Counted from the first letter of the stretch, positions 37,437 to 46,972 are shown. The stretch: 64,000 nt of DNA from an uncultured virus (IMG/VR IMGVR_UViG_3300038853_000032) (IMGVR_UViG_3300038853_000032); one strand, 5' to 3'. The notes: a model not told the origin generated them from the letters alone. Numbers and translations are program-made.

Positions 37437-38005
37437 ATGTATTAATAGTTTTTGCACATCCTAATCCTCATAGCTTTTGTGCTGCTCTTAGAGACACTTT
37501 CATTGAGGGGGTTAGAACTAATGAACACACGGTTAAGATTATAGATCTCTATAGGGATGAATTTAATCCCGCTTCTCCAGGAGATAACCAAATCACGCCT
37601 ATTGTTAATAGATATCAAAAGAAACTTAAAAACTGTGATTATTTAGTTTTTATTTACCCTATTTGGTGGTTTAGAGCACCTGCGATTCTTGAAGGGTGGT
37701 TTGATAGAGTTTTTACTCCTGGGTTTGCTTTTAAATTTAAACACTTAGTAGGTAACTATGGACGTCCTATAGGATTGTTACCATGTAAACAAGCACTTAT
37801 AATTAACACATATGGATCACCAGCTATCGCTACTAAGTATTTTTATATGAATATCCCTTTTAGACGACTCAAACGTGGTATTCTTAAGATGTGCGGAGTA
37901 AAGAAAATTAAAAGATTTAATTGCTGGTCAGTTCCATTCGTCACAGACGAAAAAAGAAAAAAATATTTAGATAAAGTATTCAAGTTAGGTAAAAAAATAA
38001 AATGA
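37433..38005 (+). CDS. NAD(P)H:quinone oxidoreductase (flavodoxin_2)
   Basis: AHPNPHSF, YPIWWFRAPAILEGWFDRV. Confidence 0.9.
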   Translation: MNVLIVFAHPNPHSFCAALRDTFIEGVRTNEHTVKIIDLYRDEFNPASPGDNQITPIVNRYQKKLKNCDYLVFIYPIWWFRAPAILEGWFDRVFTPGFAFKFKHLVGNYGRPIGLLPCKQALIINTYGSPAIATKYFYMNIPFRRLKRGILKMCGVKKIKRFNCWSVPFVTDEKRKKYLDKVFKLGKKIK

Positions 38006-38301
38006 GAATAGAAGTTTATAAAAACGACGTGGGAAAAGCGTATAAAATATTACAAAAAAAGTTAAATAACGAAGGGGTTTTAAAGAAACTAAAAGAAAAA
38101 GAGTTCTATCTTAGTAAAGGAGAAAACAGCAGAGTTAAACGTAAACGTGCTATTGCCCGTTGGAAAAAACAAGAAAAGAAACTCTTAAAAGCGTTAGAGC
38201 GATCTGAAAGGTTTCAAAGAAGAAGATCTTCCCAAACTAATTCTCATTACTCTCGACGCATAACTCCAATAAAAGCTAATAAAAAATTGAAACATACTTA
38301 A
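38002..38301 (+). CDS. rpsU: Ribosomal protein bS21
   Basis: IEVYKNDVGKAYKILQKKLNNEGVLKKLKEKEFY..K.E..RVKRKRAIARW. Confidence 0.85.
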   Translation: MRIEVYKNDVGKAYKILQKKLNNEGVLKKLKEKEFYLSKGENSRVKRKRAIARWKKQEKKLLKALERSERFQRRRSSQTNSHYSRRITPIKANKKLKHT

Positions 38302-38345
38302 AAATACGCTATAATATAAATATTGAATTAATAGGAGATATTTAT

Positions 38346-38594
38346 ATGAGAGCTTTTCAAGGTGTTTTTAAGAAAAAATCTGGCGAAGAACGTATTATGT
38401 TTTTCGCTAAAATTAAAGACTTACCAAGTAATTTTTTAACTAATAAAGTTGCCGGAACTGGAAATGAGTTACAATACCCTAAAGGAATGGAATTAGTTTG
38501 GGATTTAGAAGAAGATGACTTTCGTATTTTTAATTGGAAAACACAAATTGAATCTATTAAAGAATATGAAGTAAGTGATCAATATTTTATATAA
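38346..38594 (+). CDS. SH3/WYL-like beta-barrel protein
   Basis: FKKKSGEERIM...VWDLEEDDFRIFNW; promoter TTGAAA-17-TATAAT at 38287-38315. Confidence 0.6.
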   Translation: MRAFQGVFKKKSGEERIMFFAKIKDLPSNFLTNKVAGTGNELQYPKGMELVWDLEEDDFRIFNWKTQIESIKEYEVSDQYFI

Positions 38595-38613
38595 AATATC
38601 AGGGAGAAAATAA

Positions 38614-39021
38614 ATGTTTGCACAAAGAGCACAACCTGAATTACCCTTAGAAAAATTGACCATAGAAACAAAGGAAGGTAAACGACTTTTTAGAGTTGAA
38701 GTAGCTCATACTAAAGAGCAACAAACTACTGGTCTAATGGGAAGAGCAAAACTAACCCCAGATCGTGGAATGTTGTTTGATTTAGGAACAGAACGAACTG
38801 TTCACATGTCTATGCTTAATACTCCTTTTTCTTTAGATATTCTTTTCATTAAAAGTGATGGAAAAATAGCATCTATTGTACCTAATACGCGTCCATATTC
38901 TACTTACCACATATCTTCCGGTACTAAAGTAAGAGCAGCACTAGAACTTATAGCTGGTGCACAATTAGGAATTATGCCTGGTGATAAAGTGTATCATTCT
39001 GTTTTCGGAGATACTGAATGA
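38614..39021 (+). CDS. DUF192 protein
   Basis: VEVA.T..Q..GLM.R..L....GMLF, M.NT...LDILFI, LELIAG. Confidence 0.9.
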   Translation: MFAQRAQPELPLEKLTIETKEGKRLFRVEVAHTKEQQTTGLMGRAKLTPDRGMLFDLGTERTVHMSMLNTPFSLDILFIKSDGKIASIVPNTRPYSTYHISSGTKVRAALELIAGAQLGIMPGDKVYHSVFGDTE

Positions 39022-39497
39022 AATTTATAACATTTATTGTTTTTTTAATCCTTATTACTACAAGTTATGCAGAACCTCTTCCTGGAGGTTATAATATGTG
39101 GGGTGTGGGCGATGAAGAACCTATGGAAGATCAAACCTGTGAACACTGTGGTCGAACGGGTGCAGATATAGAAGATACTGAATTAGCCCGCTTTACTTTA
39201 TTTGTTCGTGAGGTAGAAGATTGGTTAGCAATTTCAACTAATACCGCAATGAGAGCAATAGTTTGTCGCTTATCAAAACATAATATGAGTCTTAGCGCAC
39301 TTCATCGTGCCACAGGTATTTCAACCACTGACTTACACAATGCTACAACAAAATTAATGCATATGGGCCTTGTTCGACTTGTAGAAGTTAATCACGCGGG
39401 TATTGTTCTCGCAGAGTATAATAGTGAAGCCCAAAAACGTATAAAAAAATACGCCAGTTGGTGTGTAAGCGACGACGAGTGTGGAATAGAGAAATAA
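39018..39497 (+). CDS. Hypothetical protein
   Basis: Signal-like N-terminus and HTH-like segment. Confidence 0.55.
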   Translation: MKFITFIVFLILITTSYAEPLPGGYNMWGVGDEEPMEDQTCEHCGRTGADIEDTELARFTLFVREVEDWLAISTNTAMRAIVCRLSKHNMSLSALHRATGISTTDLHNATTKLMHMGLVRLVEVNHAGIVLAEYNSEAQKRIKKYASWCVSDDECGIEK

Positions 39498-39528
39498 AAA
39501 AAGTACAACAAAAATAGATATTATTGAT
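39489..39528 (+). repeat. 40-bp direct repeat, left copy
   Basis: GAGAAATAAAAAAAGTACAACAAAAATAGATATTATTGAT, identical to 42201-42240. Confidence 0.9.
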
Positions 39529-39617
39529 ATGATTAACAAAGGTGCTGAACAAGGATTGTGGAAATTACAAGTATAAGATAATGGCTTGGATGAATAAGAA
39601 CTTCACCGAAAGTGAAG

Positions 39618-39686
39618 TGTTGGATACCTCATATGAGAATGCCCTAGAAAAATTTAGGATGATGGTTAATACAGTCAATTTTGTTG
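39618..39686 (+). repeat. 69-bp direct repeat, copy 1
   Basis: Matches 41539-41607 with 3 mismatches. Confidence 0.85.
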
Positions 39687-39835
39687 GGGGGGAGAAATGA
39701 AAAAAACCGTATTTATTTTTAGGAGTAAAGCCAAGGATTTTAACCTAAAAAAATTAATACTAAAGAAACACAATAAAATTTTCCCAGGAAATATGACACT
39801 TTCTGAAATATCAAAGAGGTTTCAAAGGGGGGATA

Positions 39836-40506
39836 GTGATGCGACTAAAAACACTGGATAAAACGACAATGGACGAAACGACAGCGGTGAAGTCGTTCAG
39901 ACTTGCTGCTGAACAGGGGAATGCCAATGCCCAGTACAATCTGGGTGTGATGTACCAACAAGGATGGGGGGTTCCTCGGGACTACAAGAAAGCGGTTAAG
40001 TGGTTCAGGCTTGCTGCCGAACAGGGGGATGCATATGCCCAGAACAAACTGGGTTTGATGTACCGTAATGGACAAGGTGTTCCACAGGACTACAAGACTG
40101 CGGTGAAGTGGTACACACTTTCTGCCGAACAGGGGNNNNNNNNNNNNNNNNNNNNNNNNNNNNNNNNNNNNNNNNNNNNNNNNNNNNNNNNNNNNNNNNN
40201 NNNNNNNNNNNNNNNNNNNNNNNNNNNNNNNNNNNTGCGGTGAAGTGGTACACACTTTCTGCCGAACAGGGGGATGCCGATGCCCAGTACAATCTGGGTT
40301 TGATGTACCGTAATGGACAAGGTGTTCCACGGGACTACAAGAATGCGGTGAAGTGGTTCAGGCTTTCTGCCGAACAGTGGTATGCCATGGCCCAGTACAA
40401 TCTGGGTTTGATGTACCAACAAGGATGGGGTGTTCCACAGGATGATAAGACTGCGGTGAAGTGGTTCAGACTTGCTGCCGAACAGGGGTGTGCCATATAT
40501 GATTGA
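39836..40506 (+). CDS. Sel1-repeat protein interrupted by an assembly gap (N at 40136-40235)
   Basis: Repeated AVKW(F/Y).L(A/S)AEQG.A.AQ.NLG.MY..G.GVP.D; 108-nt period. Confidence 0.85.
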
Positions 40507-40585
40507 TTCTTTTAATTACCAGGTGCCAACGCTTGTTTCAAGGGAGGGGGGAATAGTGGTGCATTGAGCCAGGGGTTCGAGGGCA

Positions 40586-40617
40586 AAAAAAGGCCCCTCC
40601 TACAGGAGGGGCCGTTG
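40586..40617 (-). terminator. GC-rich intrinsic terminator
   Basis: GGCCCCTCCT-GT-AGGAGGGGCC plus T7 on the minus strand. Confidence 0.75.
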
Positions 40618-40637
40618 TCTGAAAGAGTCCAGGGGGA

Positions 40638-40781
40638 TTATGCGGCCAGCAATTGCCGCGCACCGGTTGCCACTTTGTTATAAACAATGGTGGATCGGTG
40701 CTGTACGTCCGCGTGGTTGATATTACGTCCAGTTGGCTTCAAGGCGTGAGTCGCGCTATTAAAAAGCCACCAAGTTGGACC
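40638..40781 (-). pseudogene. Orphan 3' gene fragment
   Basis: GPTWWLFNSATHALKPTG...RQLLAA* followed by a terminator, preceded by an in-frame TAG and no start. Confidence 0.4.
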
Positions 40782-40970
40782 CTATAAGGGGTTTACAGAC
40801 GGAATCCGATTAATTATTATGGGATAAATCGCACATTTATGGTGATGGTTAAACCAAGGGCATTGAAACCCTCAATGTCGCAGGGAATCGTGAGAGCAAG
40901 TCTCGCGGAATACAAGAGAGAGTGAAAAACTTCATCGTTGCTGTTGTAACGGAACTAAGAGAGGAAGAAA

Positions 40971-41381
40971 ATGGATATTAGAGACCACGCAGAAAATTTG
41001 ATAGAGCAGGCTCGAAAGAAGCCACCATATTTTGTCTATCATGGTGACCTCGATCAATACCACTCAACAGCCACTTGGGGGCCTGTTTGGGGGCAGTCAA
41101 GGGATTCTGATGCCCTTGAGCGTTCCAATTGGGACGTAGTAACCAAAGCCCTTACAGAGAAATTTGGAGAAGAGTCCGAAGAGAATGGTTGGATGATTGA
41201 GAGGGCAGGTCATTGGGCTGTAGGCTGGGTAGAGTCGATCACAATCAAGCTCGTGAATAAGGAGAACGAGCCGACTCCTCAAGCTCTGATGGTGACTGAG
41301 TTTCATTGCAGTAAAGAGGATTACCCTATCCTTGATGAAACGGATTTCTGCGAAAAGGAATGGGAAAAATTTCACCCGTAG
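40971..41381 (+). CDS. Phage hypothetical protein
   Basis: RDSDALERSNW, HWAVGWVE, DYPILDE; GAGG SD. Confidence 0.75.
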   Translation: MDIRDHAENLIEQARKKPPYFVYHGDLDQYHSTATWGPVWGQSRDSDALERSNWDVVTKALTEKFGEESEENGWMIERAGHWAVGWVESITIKLVNKENEPTPQALMVTEFHCSKEDYPILDETDFCEKEWEKFHP

Positions 41382-41538
41382 TTTTTCCTCTCACTTCTCT
41401 GCAAACAGATGGGAGGATCTTCCTGAAGAGGAGGAGATCCATGAGTTCTTGATCGAAACCAAGATGGTTGTTCCAGAGGAATAACCTGAACAGAAGAGAG
41501 TGCGAACAATTTGGCTGACTACATTCGTGAAAGGAAAA

Positions 41539-41607
41539 TGTTGGATGCCTCATATGAGAATGCCGTAGAAAAATTTAGGATGATGATTAATACAGTCAAT
41601 TTTGTTG
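41539..41607 (+). repeat. 69-bp direct repeat, copy 2
   Basis: See 39618-39686; followed by a GAGGAGG SD. Confidence 0.85.
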
Positions 41608-41621
41608 AGGAGGTTTAAATA

Positions 41622-42104
41622 ATGACTACATTCGTGAAAGAAAGCGCCGAGGCGTCATCCCGGCGTTGTGTCCGGGGTCTGACGAGGCAGCTACCTCCGA
41701 AACTGAAAGGCAAAACGATGACAAACGAAAGGACAGCCGGGAGTGGCGACTACTCAGAGATCAAGCGCTTAGTCAAAATTCACAACTGGGCTATAGAAAC
41801 CATGAGAGACCGTCTAGCGGACAACATACGAGACCGCATGTGCGAGATGCCACTGTCGGTCATGGTTCGCGATGGCTGGCGAGAAGTCGGAGCGCCAGCA
41901 TACGACGGTCCCGAAGAGTTCGAAATCCTACTGGGAACAGGTGGTCCGGCGGTCCGCATCTGGGGAACCTTGGGCAAGTACGGTGTGCCGGATCGGGTCG
42001 AGCTACAGAACCAAGATTGGTTCACACAGTGGGAGCGTGTCCCGTTCGAGACGGACACCGCAGTTCTGAGAGCGTTTTGTAGTCAATTCTATTTAGGAGA
42101 CTGA
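41622..42104 (+). CDS. Phage hypothetical protein
   Basis: PEEFEILLGTGGPAVRIWG...LQNQDWFTQW; high GC. Confidence 0.7.
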   Translation: MTTFVKESAEASSRRCVRGLTRQLPPKLKGKTMTNERTAGSGDYSEIKRLVKIHNWAIETMRDRLADNIRDRMCEMPLSVMVRDGWREVGAPAYDGPEEFEILLGTGGPAVRIWGTLGKYGVPDRVELQNQDWFTQWERVPFETDTAVLRAFCSQFYLGD

Positions 42105-42200
42105 AACATACTGTTGATTCTGGGCTTACGCGATAAGCATACAAAATACTTTAGCGATCAAATTGGATTAGATAACGCTTGTAAAGAATTATATGGGAGG

Positions 42201-42240
42201 GAGAAATAAAAAAAGTACAACAAAAATAGATATTATTGAT
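42201..42240 (+). repeat. 40-bp direct repeat, right copy
   Basis: Identical to 39489-39528. Confidence 0.9.
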
Positions 42241-42241
42241 C

Positions 42242-42343
42242 ATGTATGAATTAAAAGATTACCTAAATGCTATAAATTACACAAAAGAACCTCTTTTGGA
42301 TACTAAGGATGAACAATGGGAGTCGATGCTAAAACCGCTTTGA
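42242..42343 (+). pseudogene. 33-aa ORF resembling the N-terminus of a T4-like clamp-loader small subunit
   Basis: MYELKDYLNAINYTKEPLLDTKDEQWE, then an unrelated tail and stop. Confidence 0.45.
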
Positions 42344-42346
42344 AAG

Positions 42347-42652
42347 ATGATTAATTTTGATTTTAAAAAAGACTTATACCATTTTTGGAATAACACAGCT
42401 AAAAAAAGTAAATGGCCTCAAGTTTGTACTCATACCAAATTTGATAAGATGTATGATGAAAAAAAAATTTTTAATGACGAAAGTAGATGGAGAACACCAA
42501 TTTCAGAACCAAATTTAATGAGCCTTTCTGTGAAACTTGATAAAATTAGAGAAGAAAACAGAAATCTACAAAATGAAATCGTATCTCTAACATATAAAAA
42601 TAAAGAACTACATAAAGAGATACAAAAACTAAAACAGAAGGAGCAACAATGA
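42347..42652 (+). CDS. Hypothetical coiled-coil protein
   Basis: ORF track. Confidence 0.55.
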   Translation: MINFDFKKDLYHFWNNTAKKSKWPQVCTHTKFDKMYDEKKIFNDESRWRTPISEPNLMSLSVKLDKIREENRNLQNEIVSLTYKNKELHKEIQKLKQKEQQ

Positions 42653-42930
42653 ATAACCCCATTCTTACAAAACTATGCTTAATCACCTTACTTTGTAGTT
42701 TCGTAGGAGAAACAGCGTTCTCTAAAGAAGCAACATCCCCCACTCTCACCACTCCCCAAGAAAAACCTATAAAATTTGACTTTAATAATTGGAAACACCG
42801 TACACTTGTTATAAAACACTTGAGTATTAGCGACTTTTATAATCTCGCCCCACATCCTAATTGGAAAATAGGTAGAGGAAAGTGTCGTAGTAAATGGACA
42901 AATCTTACTACTAATGAATGTCTAGAATAA
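42649..42930 (+). CDS. Hypothetical exported protein
   Basis: Signal peptide; GGAG SD. Confidence 0.55.
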   Translation: MNNPILTKLCLITLLCSFVGETAFSKEATSPTLTTPQEKPIKFDFNNWKHRTLVIKHLSISDFYNLAPHPNWKIGRGKCRSKWTNLTTNECLE

Positions 42931-42949
42931 ATAGTCTCGATGATAGAAG

Positions 42950-43192
42950 CAAAATAAGCAGACAGGACACGGGGGCAGTACCCGTCACCTCCACCACCAG
43001 TATTACAAAAAGTTTCATAGGGGGTGAATTAGGATCGACTGATGTAGTAAAAGCAACTGGAGAGACAGGTGAGCAAGCAACCTAAACTGCAAGAAACTTA
43101 TAAATGCCAACGATAATGAGGCATTTGAGGAATATGCTTTAGCAGCTTAATTTTCTCGGGGTTCGGAGGCACCTGGCAACAGAAGCCTCCAT
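42950..43192 (+). ncRNA. ssrA: Circularly permuted (two-piece) tmRNA
   Basis: Acceptor piece GGACACGGGGGCAGTACCCGTCACCTCCACCA (ends 42996) precedes 5' GGGGGTGAATTAGGATCGAC (43020); G3:U70 pair; tag 43106-43150 ANDNEAFEEYALAA*. The 5' boundary is approximate. Confidence 0.92.
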
Positions 43193-43221
43193 CTCATACA
43201 CTAAGAATATATCTTATACAT

Positions 43222-43247
43222 GGGGTCCTTTGGACCTCCTTTTTTTT
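43222..43247 (+). terminator. Terminator after tmRNA
   Basis: GGGGTCC-TTT-GGACCTC plus T tract. Confidence 0.7.
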
Positions 43248-43279
43248 ACTTTTAATCCTGTCTGTATTTACACCCCCAC

Positions 43280-43308
43280 TTGCTATTTTTTAAAAATTTA
43301 TGTATAAT
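43280..43308 (+). promoter_or_regulatory. Promoter of the glycan cluster
   Basis: TTGCTA-17-TATAAT. Confidence 0.75.
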
Positions 43309-43315
43309 ATATATA

Positions 43316-44044
43316 ATGATATTACAAAAAGAAACTAAAACCAAATACAAAACAGATAATCTTTCTCGAACACAATTAGCTAATTTTTTTAAAGACTATA
43401 CTTTAGAAGAAAAAGAATATGATCTAATCTGGGATGAATGGTTTTTAGAAGAATCTATCCGATGTCACGCAGATTTTGGAGGGGAATATGCAGGATCAGG
43501 AACTTTAGATTATATTGAAGGATTGATTCTGTACACATTAATTCGAAGAATTAAACCGCATGTTGTCTTTGAAATTGGTACAGCCCAGGGAATGAGCGCA
43601 GCTCTAATGGCAGAAGCTGTAATAAAAAACTCTAATAATGATAAAATTTTATGTGTAGATAACAAATTACCACATAGAATAAGTACCCACTTTACGAAAG
43701 CTATGGAAAAAGACACAATTGAGTTTTACGAAGCCGATGCATTTGAATTTTTAGCAGAAATTGATAAAATCCCTGACTTTATTTTTGTTGACGCAGATCA
43801 TCGCCAACCTTTTTGTACGAAAATAGCTGAACTACTTCACGACTCTTTTCCTAATGCCACTTATGCTTATCATGAATGGTCTCTTTCAACTATCTCAGGG
43901 CCACCAGAAATAAATTATATTTCGCGTTCTGAATGGTTATATCAATTTCACGAAAGACCCGCTTTTGAAAAATTCTTTAACCACCCCAAATATAAACACA
44001 ACGGATTTGTAGGAAGTTGTGGACTAGGAGTTATTACTCAATGA
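43316..44044 (+). CDS. Class I SAM methyltransferase (Methyltransf_24-like)
   Basis: VFEIGTAQGMS, DFIFVDADH. Confidence 0.8.
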   Translation: MILQKETKTKYKTDNLSRTQLANFFKDYTLEEKEYDLIWDEWFLEESIRCHADFGGEYAGSGTLDYIEGLILYTLIRRIKPHVVFEIGTAQGMSAALMAEAVIKNSNNDKILCVDNKLPHRISTHFTKAMEKDTIEFYEADAFEFLAEIDKIPDFIFVDADHRQPFCTKIAELLHDSFPNATYAYHEWSLSTISGPPEINYISRSEWLYQFHERPAFEKFFNHPKYKHNGFVGSCGLGVITQ

Positions 44045-44736
44045 TTATTTATTTTAGATGCACCAGCAAAAAAGAAACTGTAAGCGGAGTAGAACGTTGG
44101 GTTGAGTGTAGCAAAGACGAAATGGTTTTAAAATGTTGGATGAGTTTACAACTAGCTGCTGTTCCTAAAGACGATAGCTTTGTTGTACTTCACGACGAAC
44201 TGCATCCTGACAGCTTACAGTTTCTTAAAGAAAGCTGCACTTGTAGCACTAACTTTATAGAAATAGAACCTCATAATATTCAAGATAGGGCGCATACGTT
44301 TAAACTAATATCTGTTTTAGAAGAAAACCTAAAAGAGGATGAAGATAACAAAATTCATTATATCGTAGAAGATGATTATCTTCACACCCGAGATTCTCTC
44401 TCTAAATGTAAAGAAATTTTTAAATTTTGGGAACATTTTGTTATTCCCTATGACTATCCTGATCGCTACACTATTGATAAAAATCCCTGCGGAGTTATAG
44501 TAGGCCCCTCCTGTCATTGGAGAACTAATCCCAGCGCCACATATACTTTAATGGCTAAAAGAGACACGTGGAATTCTGCATTAAGCACTATTAGAAAACA
44601 CGCTCCTCATAATTTTACAGAAGAAGCTTTTACACAGCATCCATGTATTAGTCCCATTCCAGGAGTTGCTACCCACCTTACTAAATATCATATGAGTCCA
44701 GTTGTTGATTGGAATCAAGTTTGGAATAGATTATAA
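44041..44736 (+). CDS. GT-A glycosyltransferase-like
   Basis: YIVEDDYLH, PYDYPDRY, SPIPGVATH. Confidence 0.7.
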   Translation: MIIYFRCTSKKETVSGVERWVECSKDEMVLKCWMSLQLAAVPKDDSFVVLHDELHPDSLQFLKESCTCSTNFIEIEPHNIQDRAHTFKLISVLEENLKEDEDNKIHYIVEDDYLHTRDSLSKCKEIFKFWEHFVIPYDYPDRYTIDKNPCGVIVGPSCHWRTNPSATYTLMAKRDTWNSALSTIRKHAPHNFTEEAFTQHPCISPIPGVATHLTKYHMSPVVDWNQVWNRL

Positions 44737-44737
44737 A

Positions 44738-45538
44738 ATGGTTGATTCAACTCCTATAAAAAGAGAAATTAAAGAAGAAGAGATCACAACTAAATTTGAG
44801 CGTGAACAGTACTTAAATCAAGAACTAAGCAAATTTACTGATGCCGGAGGCGTCACTTTTAATTTTGAAGGAGAAAAAGGCGAACCTCCTCATTTAGATT
44901 TAGTATACGATTTTGTGAGATGGTATCCTTCCGATATAAACGAGCACTTACCTATTCTAAGAAAATACGCCTCTCGTTGTAACACTGTTTGTGAATTTGG
45001 AACTAATGATTTTACTAGTAGCATAGGGCTAATCAGCGGATTTCCCAAACACTTTATAAGTTTAGATATTGTTGATCCTGATATTTTTTCTCTTACTTTT
45101 GAACCATTCAGTCCTAACAGAAAACCAGACGAAAAACCAATGGTTATTAAATTAGATAAAAATACGATAAATCAGATAGCGACAATTAACGGTGTAGATT
45201 TTAGGTTTATTCAACAAAGTTCATTGGAATTCTCATTTAATTCTGTAGATCTATTATTTATCGACAGTCTGCATACTTATACCCAATTAATGGGAGAACT
45301 TCAACTTCACGCTACAAAGGTAAAAAAATATATTATTTTACACGATACAGAATTTTATGGAGATAAAGGACAAGATTCAAAAGACGAAAAAGGAAACTAC
45401 CTGTGCCCTCTTTGGGAAACTAAAGGAATCGGAACTGCGCTTCGAGAATTTGTAAAAAATCCATGGACAGGATGGGTTATAGACGAGCATTTTGAAAATT
45501 GTAACGGACTAACTATTTTAAAAAGACCGTGGCTTTAA
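44738..45538 (+). CDS. Class I SAM methyltransferase (Methyltransf_24-like)
   Basis: SDINEHLP, EFGT, DLLFIDSLHTY, KYIILHDT. Confidence 0.8.
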   Translation: MVDSTPIKREIKEEEITTKFEREQYLNQELSKFTDAGGVTFNFEGEKGEPPHLDLVYDFVRWYPSDINEHLPILRKYASRCNTVCEFGTNDFTSSIGLISGFPKHFISLDIVDPDIFSLTFEPFSPNRKPDEKPMVIKLDKNTINQIATINGVDFRFIQQSSLEFSFNSVDLLFIDSLHTYTQLMGELQLHATKVKKYIILHDTEFYGDKGQDSKDEKGNYLCPLWETKGIGTALREFVKNPWTGWVIDEHFENCNGLTILKRPWL

Positions 45539-45738
45539 ACTTTTTTTTCCAATTAGGTTCTTTTGTTCACAATCCTGATAAACCAAATTGGGGAATAGGA
45601 CAAGTACAGTCTATGGATAGACACAGGGTAACTGTTAACTTTGAAAACAAAGGAAAACTCTTAATTAATACTAATATAGTTAATTTAGAGCTTATTTATG
45701 ATATTGAAGAATACCAAAATACAAGAAAAGATATATAA
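45529..45738 (+). CDS. DUF3553 protein
   Basis: V.NP.KP.WGIGQVQS....VTVNFEN.GK..IN. Confidence 0.8.
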   Translation: MALNFFFQLGSFVHNPDKPNWGIGQVQSMDRHRVTVNFENKGKLLINTNIVNLELIYDIEEYQNTRKDI

Positions 45739-46664
45739 TGACAGGATATAGCCAAGAATTAGACCACGAAACAGTAGAACAACAAATAACAGAAGCTCAA
45801 CACGTTTTAGCAGGTCCGTGGGTAGGAGAATTTGGATGGGAATTATTCTGCTATCAAGGCTATTTAAGAAATCTTCATAAGAATAATTCACATCTTAAAT
45901 CTTTTACCATTATTAGCAGAACAGGAAGAGGTATTCTTTATGAAGATTTTTGTGATACTTATATTGAATGGGACTGTCCTGGAAAAGCACTAACAGGTGC
46001 TTTATGTATGGACTGGAGCGTAGAAAATATTCACGAAAAAATTATGCAAGAACTAAATCTTGACCAATGTTTATGGATTCCTACTCAACAATTTATTATT
46101 AATTATCACGCAAGCGGTCCCGAATACGATAAATACATGAAAATTTTTAAACAACGTCAAATATTTAAAGACTACGGCGTTCATCAAGAAAAGTTACAAT
46201 ATGATGTTGTGATTCATGCACGCGCTACTAATAAACGTCAAACAGGGAACCAAAACTGGCCCATCGAAAAATGGAATGAACTAGGAGAAACACTGCATAG
46301 CAGAAACTTAAAAGTAGCATCTATTGGTATTGATGAAGAAGCTTACTTAGTCCCACACAGTGACAATTATATGAACCAACCTTTAGAGGTAACTGCGAAT
46401 ATTTTAAAAAGTTCTAAATGTATTATTGGAACATCTAGTGGTCCCATGCACTTTGCTACTTTATGTAAATGTCCCCAAATACTAATTTCTGAATGTGTAG
46501 AAAGCGGAGGAAAAGATAACGAAAGACGTTACAAAGAAGACTGGAACCCCTTTCAAACTCCAGTCACCTTAGTAAAATATCCTAACTCTCAAACAGATAA
46601 TGGGTGGAATCCGCCTGTTAATACTGTTATAGAAACTTTAGAATTAAGTAATTTTTTAATCTAA
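45738..46664 (+). CDS. GT9-like glycosyltransferase
   Basis: GPWVGEFGWE, NWPIEKW, SSGPMHFA. Confidence 0.75.
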   Translation: MTGYSQELDHETVEQQITEAQHVLAGPWVGEFGWELFCYQGYLRNLHKNNSHLKSFTIISRTGRGILYEDFCDTYIEWDCPGKALTGALCMDWSVENIHEKIMQELNLDQCLWIPTQQFIINYHASGPEYDKYMKIFKQRQIFKDYGVHQEKLQYDVVIHARATNKRQTGNQNWPIEKWNELGETLHSRNLKVASIGIDEEAYLVPHSDNYMNQPLEVTANILKSSKCIIGTSSGPMHFATLCKCPQILISECVESGGKDNERRYKEDWNPFQTPVTLVKYPNSQTDNGWNPPVNTVIETLELSNFLI

Positions 46665-46972
46665 TGATTTATTGTTTTGATCTTGATGGAACACTTGTTA
46701 CGAGTACAGAGGACGGCTCTGGAAAACCGCATTACCATAAAGCTCAACCTATATACAAACATATTGAAAAACTAAGAAAATTGTACAAAGAAGGACACAA
46801 AATTGTTATTCAAACTGCACGAGGATCAGGGTCGGGAATAGATTATACCGAATTAACAGAATCTCAATTACAAAAATACGGCATACCTTACCACAAACTT
46901 AATATTGGTAAAAAACCTCCTGCCGATATTTACATTGACGACAAAGCGTTAAATGTTAAAGACTGGATATAA
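46664..46972 (+). CDS. Small HAD phosphatase (capsule-biosynthesis type)
   Basis: FDLDGTL, TARG, KPPADIYIDDK. Confidence 0.85.
   Translation: MIYCFDLDGTLVTSTEDGSGKPHYHKAQPIYKHIEKLRKLYKEGHKIVIQTARGSGSGIDYTELTESQLQKYGIPYHKLNIGKKPPADIYIDDKALNVKDWI

Noticed and set aside
40099..40272. Apparent frameshift or split Sel1 gene
   Set aside because: 100-N scaffold gap with the same 37 nt on both sides; an assembly artefact of the repeat
39880..40490. Regular repeats as a possible CRISPR array
   Set aside because: 108-nt in-frame coding Sel1 repeats with no unique spacers
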